NCBI GenBank assembly: GCA_964016885.1
Contig: CAXHJY010001303.1
Location: 1 to 64,000, forward strand
Origin: Eledone cirrhosa
Taxonomy: Eukaryota
DNA length: 64,000 bases
Reading direction: 5' to 3'
The first letter of the stretch is position 1. Every line of letters begins with the position of its first letter. The notes below the pieces were generated by a model. It ran no database searches. It was not told the origin of the DNA and was given only the letters and a program-made list of their open reading frames with translations. The position numbers were made by a program, and so were the translations under genes. This document shows positions 1 through 16,336 of the stretch, in pieces.

Positions 1-3000
1 CGTATATATATATACATGGTTTGTAACATATATATATATACATGGTCTGTAACGTATATATATATACATGGTCTGTAACGTATATATACATGGTCTGTAA
101 CGTATATATATATACATGGTTTGTAACGTATATATATATACATGGTGTGTAACGTATATATACATGGTCTGTAACGTATATATATATACATAGTTTGTAA
201 CATATATATATATACATGGTCTGTAACGTATATATACATGGTCTGTAACGTATATATATATACATGGTTTGTAACGTATATATATATATATACATGGTCT
301 GTAACGTATATATACATGGTCTGTAACGTATATATATATACATGGTTTGTAACGTATATATATATACATGGTTTGTAACATATATATATATACATGGTCT
401 GTAACGTATATATATATACATGGTCTGTAACGTATATATATATACATGGTTTGTAACGTATATATATATACATGGTCTGTAACGTATATATATATATACA
501 TGGTTTGTAACGTATATATACATGGTTTGTAACATATATATACATGGTCTGTAACGTATATATATATACATGGTCTGTAACGTATATATATATATACATG
601 GTCTGTAACGTATATATATATACATGGTTTGTAACGTATATATACATGGTTTGTAACGTATATATATATACATGGTTTGTAACATATATATATATACATG
701 GTTTGAAACGTATATATATATATACATGGTTTGTAACGTATATATATATACATGGTCTGTAACGTATATATATACAGGGTCTGTAACATATATATACATG
801 GTCTGTAACGTATATATATATACATGGTCTGTAACGTATATATATACATGGTCTGTAACGTATATATATACATGGTCTGTAACGTATATATATATACATG
901 GTTTGTAACATATATATATATATATACATGGTCTGTAACGTATATATATATACATGGTCTGTAAAGTATATATATATACATGGTCTGTAACGTATATATA
1001 TATACATGGTTTGTAACGTATATATATATACATGGTCTGTAACGTATATATATATATACATGGTTTGTAACGTATATATATATACATGGTCTGTAACGTA
1101 TATATATATATACATGGTCTGTAACGTATATATATATACATGGTCTGTAACATATATATACATGGTTTGTAACGTATATATATATACATGGTTTGTAACG
1201 TATATATATATACATGGTCTGTAACGTATATATACATGGTCTGTAACGTATATATATATACATGGTCTGTAACGTATATATATATACATGGTCTGTAACG
1301 TATATATATATACATGGTCTGTAACGTATATATATATACATGGTTTGTAACATATATATATATACATGGTCTGTAACGTATATATACATGGTCTGTAACG
1401 TATATATATATACATGGTTTGTAACGTATATATATATACATGGTCTGTAACGTATATATACATGGTCTGTAACGTATATATATATACATGGTTTGTAACG
1501 TATATATATATACATGGTTTGTAACATATATATATATACATGGTCTGTAACGTATATATATATACATGGTCTGTAACGTATATATATATACATGGTTTGT
1601 AACGTATATATATATACATGGTTTGTAACATATATATATATACATGATCTGTAACGTATATATATATACATGGTTTGTAACGTATATATATATACGTTGT
1701 CTGTAACGTATATATATACATTGTCTGTAACGTATATATACATGGTCTGTAACGTATATATATATACATGGTTTGTAACGTATATATATATACATGGTCT
1801 GTAACGTATATATATACATGGTCTGTAACGTATATATACATGGTTTGTAACGTATATATATATACATGGTCTGTAACGTATATATACATGGTTTGTAACG
1901 TATATATATATACATGGTCTATAACGTATACATATATACATAGTCTATAACGTATATATATATACATGGTCTGTAACGTATATATATACATGGTCTGTAA
2001 CGTATATATATATATACATGGTTTGTAACATATATATATATATATACATGGTCTGTAACGTATATATATATACATGGTTTGTAACGTATATATACATGGT
2101 CTGTAACGTATATATATATACATGGTTTGTAACATATATATACATGGTCTGTAACGTATATATATATACATGGTCTGTAACGTATATATATATACATGGT
2201 CTGTAACGTATATATATATACATAGTTTGTAACGTATATATACATGGTTTGTAACGTATATATATATATATACATGGTCTGTAACGTATATATATATACA
2301 TGGTTTGTAACGTATATATATATACATGGTTTGTAACGTATATATGTATACATGGTCTGTAACGTATATATATATACATGGTTTGTAACGTATATATATA
2401 TATATACATGGTCTGTAACGTATATATACATGGTCTGTAACGTATATATATATACATGGTTTGTAACGTATATATATATACATGGTTTGTAACATATATA
2501 TATATACATGGTCTGTAACGTATATATATATACATGGTCTGTAACGTATATATATATACATGGTTTGTAACGTATATATATATACATGGTTTGTAACATA
2601 TATATATATACATGGTCTGTAACGTATATATACATGGTCTGTAACGTATATATATATATACATGGTTTGTAACGTATATATGTATACATTGTCTGTAACG
2701 TATATATATACATTGTCTGTAACGTATATATACATGGTCTGTAACGTATATATATATACATGGTTTGTAACGTATATATATATACATGGTCTGTAACGTA
2801 TATATATACATGGTCTGTAACGTATATATACATGGTTTGTAACGTATATATATATACATGGTCTGTAACGTATATATACATGGTTTGTAACGTATATATA
2901 TATACATGGTCTGTAACGTATATATATATACATGGTCTGTAACGTATATATATACATGGTCTGTAACGTATATATATATACATGGTTTGTAACATATATA

Positions 3001-4900
3001 TATATACATGGTCTGTAACGTATATATATATACATGGTCTGTAACGTATATATATATACATGGTTTGTAACGTATATATATATGGTTTGTAACATATATA
3101 TACATGGTCTGTAACGTATATATATATACATGGTCTGTAACGTATATATATATACATGGTTTGTAACGTATATATACATGGTTTGTAACGTATATATATA
3201 TACATGGTTTGTAACATATATATATATACATGGTTTGAAACGTATATATATATATACATGGTTTGTAACGTATATATATATACATGGTCTGTAACGTATA
3301 TATATACAGGGTCTGTAACGTATATATATACATGGTCTGTAACGTATATATATATACATGGTCTGTAACGTATATATATATACATGGTCTGTAACGTATA
3401 TATATACATGGTCTGTAACGTATATATATATACATGGTTTGTAACATATATATATATATATACATGGTCTGTAACGTATATATATATACATGGTCTGTAA
3501 CGTATATATATATACATGGTCTGTAACGTATATATATATACATGGTCTGTAACGTATATATATATACATGGTTTGTAACGTATATATACATGGTTTGTAA
3601 CGTATATATATATACATGGTCTGTAACGTATATATATATACATGGTTTGTAACGTATATATATATACATGGTCTGTAACGTATATATATATATACATGGT
3701 CTGTAACGTATATATATATACATGGTCTGTAACATATATATACATGGTTTGTAACGTATATATATATACATGGTTTGTAACGTATATATATATACATGGT
3801 CTGTAACGTATATATATATATACATGGTTTGTAACGTATATATATATACATGGTTTGTAACGTATATATATATATATACATGGTTTGTAACGTATATATA
3901 TATACATGGTTTGTAACATATATATATATATACATGGTCTGTAACGTATATATATATACATGGTCTGTAACGTATATATACATGGTCTGTAACGTATATA
4001 TATATACATGGTCTGTAACGTATATATATATACATGGTCTGTAACGTATATATATATACATGGTTTGTAACATATATATATATACATGGTCTGTAACGTA
4101 TATATACATGGTCTGTAACGTATAAATATATACATGGTTTGTAACGTATATATATATACATGGTCTGTAACGTATATATACATGGTCTGTAACGTATATA
4201 TATATACATGGTTTGTAACGTATATATATATACATGGTTTGTAACATATATATATATACATGGTCTGTAACGTATATATATATACATGGTCTGTAACGTA
4301 TATATATATACATGGTTTGTAACGTATATATATATACATGGTTTGTAACATATATATATACATGGTCTGTAACGTATATATATATACATGGTCTGTAACG
4401 TATATATATATACATGGCTTGTAACGTATAAATATATACATTGTCTGTAACGTATATATATACATTGTCTGTAACGTATATATACATGGTCTGTAACGTA
4501 TATATATATACATGGTTTGTAACGTATATATATATACATGGTCTGTAACGTATATATATATATATACATGGTCTATAACGTATATATATATACATGGTCT
4601 ATAACGTATATATATATACATGGTCTGTAACGTATATATATATATATACATGGTCTATAACGTATATATATATACATGGTCTATAACGTATATATATATA
4701 CATGGTCTGTAACGTATATATATACATGGTCTGTAACGTATATATATATACATGGTTTGTAACATATATATATATATACATGGTCTGTAACGTATATATA
4801 TATACATGGTCTGTAACGTATATATATATACATGGTTTGTAACGTATATATACATGGTCTGTAACGTATATATATACATCGTCTGTAACGTATATATATA
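1..4900. repeat. Higher-order block A, copy 1 (period 5016 bp; start lies at or before the window edge)
   Basis: Identical short + strand ORFs recur at exactly +5016 (544/5560, 672/5688, 1006/6022, 1768/6784, 2018/7034, 2760/7776, 3850/8866). Rare variants match too: TTGAAACG 697/5713 and 3229/8245, CATGGCTTG 4413/9429. Confidence 0.95.
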
Positions 4901-5016
4901 TACATGGTCTGTAACGTATATATATATATACATGGTTTGTAACGTATATATATATACATGGTTTGTAACGTATATATATATACATGGTCTGTAACGTATA
5001 TATACATGGTTTGTAA

Positions 5017-8000
5017 CGTATATATATATACATGGTTTGTAACATATATATATATACATGGTCTGTAACGTATATATATATACATGGTCTGTAACGTATA
5101 TATACATGGTCTGTAACGTATATATATATACATGGTTTGTAACGTATATATATATACATGGTGTGTAACGTATATATACATGGTCTGTAACGTATATATA
5201 TATACATAGTTTGTAACATATATATATATACATGGTCTGTAACGTATATATACATGGTCTGTAACGTATATATATATACATGGTTTGTAACGTATATATA
5301 TATATATACATGGTCTGTAACGTATATATACATGGTCTGTAACGTATATATATATACATGGTTTGTAACGTATATATATATACATGGTTTGTAACATATA
5401 TATATATACATGGTCTGTAACGTATATATATATACATGGTCTGTAACGTATATATATATACATGGTTTGTAACGTATATATATATACATGGTCTGTAACG
5501 TATATATATATATACATGGTTTGTAACGTATATATACATGGTTTGTAACATATATATACATGGTCTGTAACGTATATATATATACATGGTCTGTAACGTA
5601 TATATATATATACATGGTCTGTAACGTATATATATATACATGGTTTGTAACGTATATATACATGGTTTGTAACGTATATATATATACATGGTTTGTAACA
5701 TATATATATATACATGGTTTGAAACGTATATATATATATACATGGTTTGTAACGTATATATATATACATGGTCTGTAACGTATATATATACAGGGTCTGT
5801 AACATATATATACATGGTCTGTAACGTATATATATATACATGGTCTGTAACGTATATATATACATGGTCTGTAACGTATATATATACATGGTCTGTAACG
5901 TATATATATATACATGGTTTGTAACATATATATATATATATACATGGTCTGTAACGTATATATATATACATGGTCTGTAAAGTATATATATATACATGGT
6001 CTGTAACGTATATATATATACATGGTTTGTAACGTATATATATATACATGGTCTGTAACGTATATATATATATACATGGTTTGTAACGTATATATATATA
6101 CATGGTCTGTAACGTATATATATATATACATGGTCTGTAACGTATATATATATACATGGTCTGTAACATATATATACATGGTTTGTAACGTATATATATA
6201 TACATGGTTTGTAACGTATATATATATACATGGTCTGTAACGTATATATACATGGTCTGTAACGTATATATATATACATGGTCTGTAACGTATATATATA
6301 TACATGGTCTGTAACGTATATATATATACATGGTCTGTAACGTATATATATATACATGGTTTGTAACATATATATATATACATGGTCTGTAACGTATATA
6401 TACATGGTCTGTAACGTATATATATATACATGGTTTGTAACGTATATATATATACATGGTCTGTAACGTATATATACATGGTCTGTAACGTATATATATA
6501 TACATGGTTTGTAACGTATATATATATACATGGTTTGTAACATATATATATATACATGGTCTGTAACGTATATATATATACATGGTCTGTAACGTATATA
6601 TATATACATGGTTTGTAACGTATATATATATACATGGTTTGTAACATATATATATATACATGATCTGTAACGTATATATATATACATGGTTTGTAACGTA
6701 TATATATATACGTTGTCTGTAACGTATATATATACATTGTCTGTAACGTATATATACATGGTCTGTAACGTATATATATATACATGGTTTGTAACGTATA
6801 TATATATACATGGTCTGTAACGTATATATATACATGGTCTGTAACGTATATATACATGGTTTGTAACGTATATATATATACATGGTCTGTAACGTATATA
6901 TACATGGTTTGTAACGTATATATATATACATGGTCTATAACGTATACATATATACATAGTCTATAACGTATATATATATACATGGTCTGTAACGTATATA
7001 TATACATGGTCTGTAACGTATATATATATATACATGGTTTGTAACATATATATATATATATACATGGTCTGTAACGTATATATATATACATGGTTTGTAA
7101 CGTATATATACATGGTCTGTAACGTATATATATATACATGGTTTGTAACATATATATACATGGTCTGTAACGTATATATATATACATGGTCTGTAACGTA
7201 TATATATATACATGGTCTGTAACGTATATATATATACATAGTTTGTAACGTATATATACATGGTTTGTAACGTATATATATATATATACATGGTCTGTAA
7301 CGTATATATATATACATGGTTTGTAACGTATATATATATACATGGTTTGTAACGTATATATGTATACATGGTCTGTAACGTATATATATATACATGGTTT
7401 GTAACGTATATATATATATATACATGGTCTGTAACGTATATATACATGGTCTGTAACGTATATATATATACATGGTTTGTAACGTATATATATATACATG
7501 GTTTGTAACATATATATATATACATGGTCTGTAACGTATATATATATACATGGTCTGTAACGTATATATATATACATGGTTTGTAACGTATATATATATA
7601 CATGGTTTGTAACATATATATATATACATGGTCTGTAACGTATATATACATGGTCTGTAACGTATATATATATATACATGGTTTGTAACGTATATATGTA
7701 TACATTGTCTGTAACGTATATATATACATTGTCTGTAACGTATATATACATGGTCTGTAACGTATATATATATACATGGTTTGTAACGTATATATATATA
7801 CATGGTCTGTAACGTATATATATACATGGTCTGTAACGTATATATACATGGTTTGTAACGTATATATATATACATGGTCTGTAACGTATATATACATGGT
7901 TTGTAACGTATATATATATACATGGTCTGTAACGTATATATATATACATGGTCTGTAACGTATATATATACATGGTCTGTAACGTATATATATATACATG

Positions 8001-9900
8001 GTTTGTAACATATATATATATACATGGTCTGTAACGTATATATATATACATGGTCTGTAACGTATATATATATACATGGTTTGTAACGTATATATATATG
8101 GTTTGTAACATATATATACATGGTCTGTAACGTATATATATATACATGGTCTGTAACGTATATATATATACATGGTTTGTAACGTATATATACATGGTTT
8201 GTAACGTATATATATATACATGGTTTGTAACATATATATATATACATGGTTTGAAACGTATATATATATATACATGGTTTGTAACGTATATATATATACA
8301 TGGTCTGTAACGTATATATATACAGGGTCTGTAACGTATATATATACATGGTCTGTAACGTATATATATATACATGGTCTGTAACGTATATATATATACA
8401 TGGTCTGTAACGTATATATATACATGGTCTGTAACGTATATATATATACATGGTTTGTAACATATATATATATATATACATGGTCTGTAACGTATATATA
8501 TATACATGGTCTGTAACGTATATATATATACATGGTCTGTAACGTATATATATATACATGGTCTGTAACGTATATATATATACATGGTTTGTAACGTATA
8601 TATACATGGTTTGTAACGTATATATATATACATGGTCTGTAACGTATATATATATACATGGTTTGTAACGTATATATATATACATGGTCTGTAACGTATA
8701 TATATATATACATGGTCTGTAACGTATATATATATACATGGTCTGTAACATATATATACATGGTTTGTAACGTATATATATATACATGGTTTGTAACGTA
8801 TATATATATACATGGTCTGTAACGTATATATATATATACATGGTTTGTAACGTATATATATATACATGGTTTGTAACGTATATATATATATATACATGGT
8901 TTGTAACGTATATATATATACATGGTTTGTAACATATATATATATATACATGGTCTGTAACGTATATATATATACATGGTCTGTAACGTATATATACATG
9001 GTCTGTAACGTATATATATATACATGGTCTGTAACGTATATATATATACATGGTCTGTAACGTATATATATATACATGGTTTGTAACATATATATATATA
9101 CATGGTCTGTAACGTATATATACATGGTCTGTAACGTATAAATATATACATGGTTTGTAACGTATATATATATACATGGTCTGTAACGTATATATACATG
9201 GTCTGTAACGTATATATATATACATGGTTTGTAACGTATATATATATACATGGTTTGTAACATATATATATATACATGGTCTGTAACGTATATATATATA
9301 CATGGTCTGTAACGTATATATATATACATGGTTTGTAACGTATATATATATACATGGTTTGTAACATATATATATACATGGTCTGTAACGTATATATATA
9401 TACATGGTCTGTAACGTATATATATATACATGGCTTGTAACGTATAAATATATACATTGTCTGTAACGTATATATATACATTGTCTGTAACGTATATATA
9501 CATGGTCTGTAACGTATATATATATACATGGTTTGTAACGTATATATATATACATGGTCTGTAACGTATATATATACATGGTCTGTAACGTATATATATA
9601 TATATACATGGTCTATAACGTATATATATATACATGGTCTATAACGTATATATATATACATGGTCTGTAACGTATATATATACATGGTCTGTAACGTATA
9701 TATATATACATGGTTTGTAACATATATATATATATACATGGTCTGTAACGTATATATATATACATGGTCTGTAACGTATATATATATACATGGTCTGTAA
9801 CGTATATATATATACATGGTTTGTAACGTATATATACATGGTCTGTAACGTATATATATACATCGTCTGTAACGTATATATATATACATGGTCTGTAACG
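5017..9900. repeat. Higher-order block A, copy 2
   Basis: Collinear with position 1 onward at offset 5016 up to about 9550. It then differs by a 24-bp monomer gain (9553) and by lacking the 82-bp duplication at 4537-4700. Similarity ends after the CATCG monomer (4877/9861). Confidence 0.95.
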
Positions 9901-10308
9901 TATATATATATACATGGCTTGTAACGTATATATATATACATTGTCTGTAACGTATATATATACATTGTCTGTAACGTATATATACATGGTCTGTAACGTA
10001 TATATATATACATGGTTTGTAACGTATATATACATGGTATCTGACGTATATATATATACATGGTTTGTAACATATATATACATGGTCTGTAACGTATATA
10101 TATATACATGGTCTGTAACGTATATATATATACATGGTTTGTAACGTATATATATATATACATGGTCTGTAACGTATATATATATACATGGTTTGTAACG
10201 TATATATACATGGTCTGTAACGTATATATATATACATGGTTTGTAACATATATATACATGGTCTGTAACGTATATATATATACATGGTCTGTAACGTATA
10301 TATATATA

Positions 10309-13300
10309 CATGGTCTGTAACGTATATATACATGGTCTGTAACGTATGTATATATACATGGTCTGTAACGTATATATATATAAATGGTGTGTAACGTATA
10401 TATATATATACATGGTCTGTAACGTATATATATATACATGGTTTGTAACATATATATATATACATGGTCTGTAACGTATATATACATGGTCTGTAACGTA
10501 TATATATATACATGGTTTGTAACGTATATATATATACATGGTCTGTAACGTATAAATATATACATGGTCTGTAACGTTTATATATACATGGTCTGTAACG
10601 TATATATACATGGTCTGTAACGTATATATATGTATATGGTTTGTAACGTATATATATATACATGGTCTGTAACGTATATATACATGGTCTGTAACGTATA
10701 TATATATACATGGTTTGTAACATATATATATATACATGGTCTGTAACGTATGTATACATGGTCTGTAACGTATATATATATACATGGTTTGTAACATATA
10801 TATACATGGTCTGTAACGTATATATATATACATGGTTCTAACGTATATATATACATGGTCTGTAACGTATATATACATGGTCTGTAACGTATATATATGT
10901 ACATGGTTTGTAACGTATATATATATACATGGTCTGTAACGTATATATATACATGGTCTGTAACGTATATATATACATGGTCTGTAACGTATATATATAT
11001 ATACATGGTCTGTAACGTATATATACAGGGTTTGTAACGTATATATATATATATACATGGTCTGTAACGTATATATACATGGTTTGTAACGTATATATAT
11101 ATACATGGTCTGTAACGTATATATATATACATGGTCTGTAACGTATATATATACATGGTCTGTAACGTATATATATATACATGGTTTGTAACATATATAT
11201 ATATATACATGGTCTGTAACGTATATATATATACATGGTCTGTAACGTATATATATATACATGGTCTGTAACGTATATATATATACATGGTCTGTACCGT
11301 ATATATATATACATGGTCTGTAACGTATATATATATACATGGTCTGTAACGTATATATACATGGTCTGTAACATATATATACATGGTTTGTAACGTATAT
11401 ATATATACATGGTTTGTAACGTATATATATATACATGGTCTGTAACGTATATATATATATACATGGTCTGTAACGTATATATATATACATGGTTTGTAAC
11501 GTATATATATATACATGGTTTGTAACATATATATATATACATGGTCTGTAACGTATATATATATACATGGTCTGTAACGTATATATACATGGTCTGTAAC
11601 GTATATATATATACATGGTCTGTAACGTATATATATGTACATGGTCTGTAACGTTTTATATATATACATGGTTTGTAACATATATATATATACATGGTCT
11701 GTAACGTATATATACATGGTCTGTAACGTATATATATATACATAGTTTGTAACGTATATATATATACATGGTCTGTAACGTATATATATACATGGTCTGT
11801 AACGTATATATACATGGTCTGTAACGTATATATATATACCTGGTTTGTAACGTATATATATATATACATGGTCTGTAACGTATATATATACATGGTCTGT
11901 AACGTATATATACATGGTTTGTAACGTATATATATATATACATGGTCTGTAACGTATATATATACATGGTCTGTAACGTATATATACATGGTTTGTAACG
12001 TATATATATATACATGGTCTGTAACGTATATATACATGGTCTGTAACGTATATATATATACATGGTCTGTAACGTATATATATACATGGTCTGTAACGTA
12101 TATATATATACATGGTCTGTAACGTATATATATATACATGGTCTGTAACGTGTATATATATACATGGTCTGTAACGTATATATATATACATGGTCTGTAA
12201 CGTATATATATATATACATGGTCTGTAACGTATATATATATACATCGTTTGTAACGTATATATACATGGTTTGTAACGTATATATATATACATGGTCTGT
12301 AACGTATATATATATACATGGTTTGTAACGTATATATATATACATGGTTTGTAACGTATATATATATACATGGTCTGTAACGTATATATATATACATGGT
12401 TTGTAACGTATATATATATATATACATGGTCTGTAACGTATATATATATACATGCTCTGTAACGTATATATATACATGGTCTGTAACGTATATATATATA
12501 CATGGTCTGTAACATATATATATATACATGGTTTGTAACGTATATATACATGGTCTGTAACGTATATATATATACATGGTTTGTAACATATATATACATG
12601 GTCTGTAACGTATATATATATATATACATGGTCTGTAACGTATATATATATACATGGTCTGTAACGTATATATATATACATTGTTTGTAACGTATATATA
12701 TATACATGGTCTGTAACGTATATATATACATGGTCTGTAACGTATATATATATACATGGTCTGTAACGTATATATATATACATGGTCTGTAACGTATATA
12801 TACATGGTCTGTAACGTATATATATATACATGGTCTGTAACGTATATATATATACATGGTCTGTAACGTATATATACATGGTCTGTAACGTATATATATA
12901 TACATGGTTTGTAACATATATATATATATACATGGTCTGTAACGTATATATACATGGTCTGTAACGTATATATATATATACATGGTCTGTAACGTATATA
13001 TACATGGTCTGTAACGTATATATATATACATGGTTTTTAACGTATATATATATACATGGTCTGTAACGTATATATATACATGGTCTGTAACGTATATATA
13101 CATAGTTTGTAACGTATATATATATACATGGTCTGTAACGTATATATACATGGTTTGTAACGTATATATATATACATGGTCTGTAACGTATATATATACA
13201 TGGTCTGTAACGTATATATATATACATGGTTTCTAATATATATATATATATACATGGTCTGTAACGTATATATATATACATGGTCTGTAACGTATATATA

Positions 13301-16300
13301 TATACATGGTCTGTAACGTATATATATATATACATGGTTTGTAACGTATATATATATACATGGTTTGTAACGTATATATACATGGTTTTTAACGTATATA
13401 TATATATACATGGTCTGTAACGTATATATATATAATGGTTTGTAACGTATATATATATACATGGTCTGTAACGTATATATATATACATGGTCTGTAACGT
13501 ATATATATATACATGGTCTGTAACATATATATACATGGTTTGTAACGTATATATATATACATGGTTTGTAACGTATATATATATACATGGTCTGCAACGT
13601 ATATATATATATATACATGGTTTGTAACGTATATATATATACATGGTTTGTAACGTATATATATATACATGGTTTGTAACGTATATATATATACATGGTC
13701 TGTAACGTATATATATATACATGGTCTGTAACGTATATATACATGGTCTGTAACGTATATATATATACATGGTCTGTAACGTATATATATATACATGGTC
13801 TGTAACGTATATATATATACATGGTCTGTAACGTATATATATATACATGGTTTGTAACATATATATATATACATGGTCTGTAACGTATATATATATACAT
13901 GGTTTGTAACGTATATATGTATACAACGTCTGTAACGTATATATATACATGGTCTGTAACGTATATATATATACATGGTCTGTAACGTATATATATATAC
14001 ATGGTCTGTAACGTATATATATTTACATGGTCTGTAACGTATATATATATATACATGGTCTGTAACGTATATATATATACATGGTTTGTAACGTATATAT
14101 ACATGGTTTGTAACGTATATATATATATACATGGTCTGTAACGTATATATATATACATGGTTTGTAACGTATATATATATACATGGTTTGTAACGTTTAT
14201 ATATATACATGGTCTGTAACGTATATATATATACATGGTTTGTAACGTATATATATATATATATACATGGTCTGTAACGTATTTATATATACATGGTCTG
14301 TAACGTATATGTATATACATGGTCTGTAACATATATATATATACATGGTTTGTAACGTATATATACATGGTCTGTAACGTATATATATATATACATGGTT
14401 TGTAACATATATATACATGGTCTGTAACGTATATATATATACATGGTCTGTAACGTATATATATACATGGTCTGTAACGTATATATATATACATGGTCTG
14501 TAACGTATATATATATACATGGTTTGTAACGTATATATATATACATGGTCTGTAACGTATATATATACAGGGTCTGCAACGTATATATATACATGGTCTG
14601 TAACGTATATATATATACATGGTCTGTAACGTATATATATACATGGTCTGTAACGTATATATATACATGGTCTGTAACGTATATATATATACATGGTTTG
14701 TAACATATATATATATATACATGGTCTGTAACGTATATATATATACATGGTCTGTAACGTATATATATATACATGGTCTGTAACGTATATATATATACAT
14801 GGTTTGTAATGTATATATATATATACATGGTCTGTAACGTATATATATACATGGTCTGTAACGTATATATATATACATGGTTTGTAACGTATATATATAT
14901 ACATGGTCTGTAACGTATATATATATATACATGGTTTGTAACGTATATATATATACATGGTTTGTAACGTATATATATATACATGGTCTGTAACGTATAT
15001 ATACATGGTTTGTAACGTATATATATATACATGGTTTGTAACATATATATATATACATGGTCTGTAACGTATATATATATACATGGTCTGAAACGTATAT
15101 ATACATGGTCTGTAACGTATATAGATATACATGGTTTGTAACGTATATATATATACATGGTCTGTAACGTATATATACATGGTCTGTAACGTATATATAT
15201 ATACATGGTTTGTAACATATATATATATACATGGTCTGTAACGTATATATACATGGTCTGTAACGTATATATATATACATGGTTTGTAACGTATATATAT
15301 ATACATGGTCTGTAACGTATATATACATGGTTGTAACGTATATATATATACATGGTTTGTAAAATATATATATATACATGGTCTGTAACGTATATATATA
15401 CATGGTCTGTAACGTATATATATATACATGGTTTGTAACGTATATATATATAAATGGTCTGTAACGTATATATACATGGTATGTAACGTATATATATATA
15501 CATGGTTTGTAACGTATATATATATACATGGTTTGTAACATATATATATATACATGGTCTGTAACGTATATATATATACATGGTCTGTAACGTATATATA
15601 TATACATGGTTTGTAACGTATATATATATACATGGTTTGTAACATATATATATATACATGGTCTGTAACGTATATATATATACATGGTCTGTAACGTATA
15701 TATATATACATGGTTTGTAACGTATATATATATACATGGTTTGTAACATATATATATATACATGGTCTGTAACGTATATATACATGGTCTGTAACGTATA
15801 TATATATACATGGTTTGTAACGTATATATGTATACATTGTCTGTAACGTATATATATACATTGTCTGTAACGTATATATACATGATCTGTAACGTATATA
15901 TATATACATGGTTTGTAACGTATATATATATACATGGTCTGTAACGTATATATATACATGGTCTGTAACGTATATATACATGGTTTGTAACGTATATATA
16001 TATACATGGTCTGTAACGTATATATACATGGTTTGTAACGTATATATATATACATGGTCTGTAACGTATATATATATACATGGTCTGTAACGTATATATA
16101 TATACATGGTTTGTAACATATATATATATATACATGGTCTGTAACGTATATATATATACATGGTCTGTAACGTATATATATATACATGGTTTGTAACGTA
16201 TATATACATGGTTTGTAACATATATATACATGGTCTGTAACGTATATATATATACATGGTCTGTAACGTATATATATATATATACATGGTCTGTAACGTA

Positions 16301-16336
16301 TATATATATACATGGTTTGTAACGTATATATATATA
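10309..16336. repeat. Higher-order block B, copy 1 (period about 6.0-6.1 kb)
   Basis: Ordered rare markers are shared with 16337-22430: AATGGTGTG 10383/16411, CTGTACCG 11286/17292, AACGTTTTATA 11640/17694, CCTGG 11839/17893, CATGCT 12451/18505, CAACGTCTG 13924/20005, CATGGTTGTAAC 15326/21433, CATGATCT 15881/21988. Confidence 0.92.

Noticed and set aside
67-236. 74-bp trimer (22+26+26) whose dimer, 148 bp, resembles nucleosome length
   Set aside because: It persists for only a few cycles and is not maintained along the array, so the numerical match is likely coincidence.
4121-4126. TATA boxes (TATAAA variants, TATATA) and ACGT/TAACG transcription-factor cores
   Set aside because: These are inevitable by-products of the repeat unit, with no downstream gene or other promoter context.
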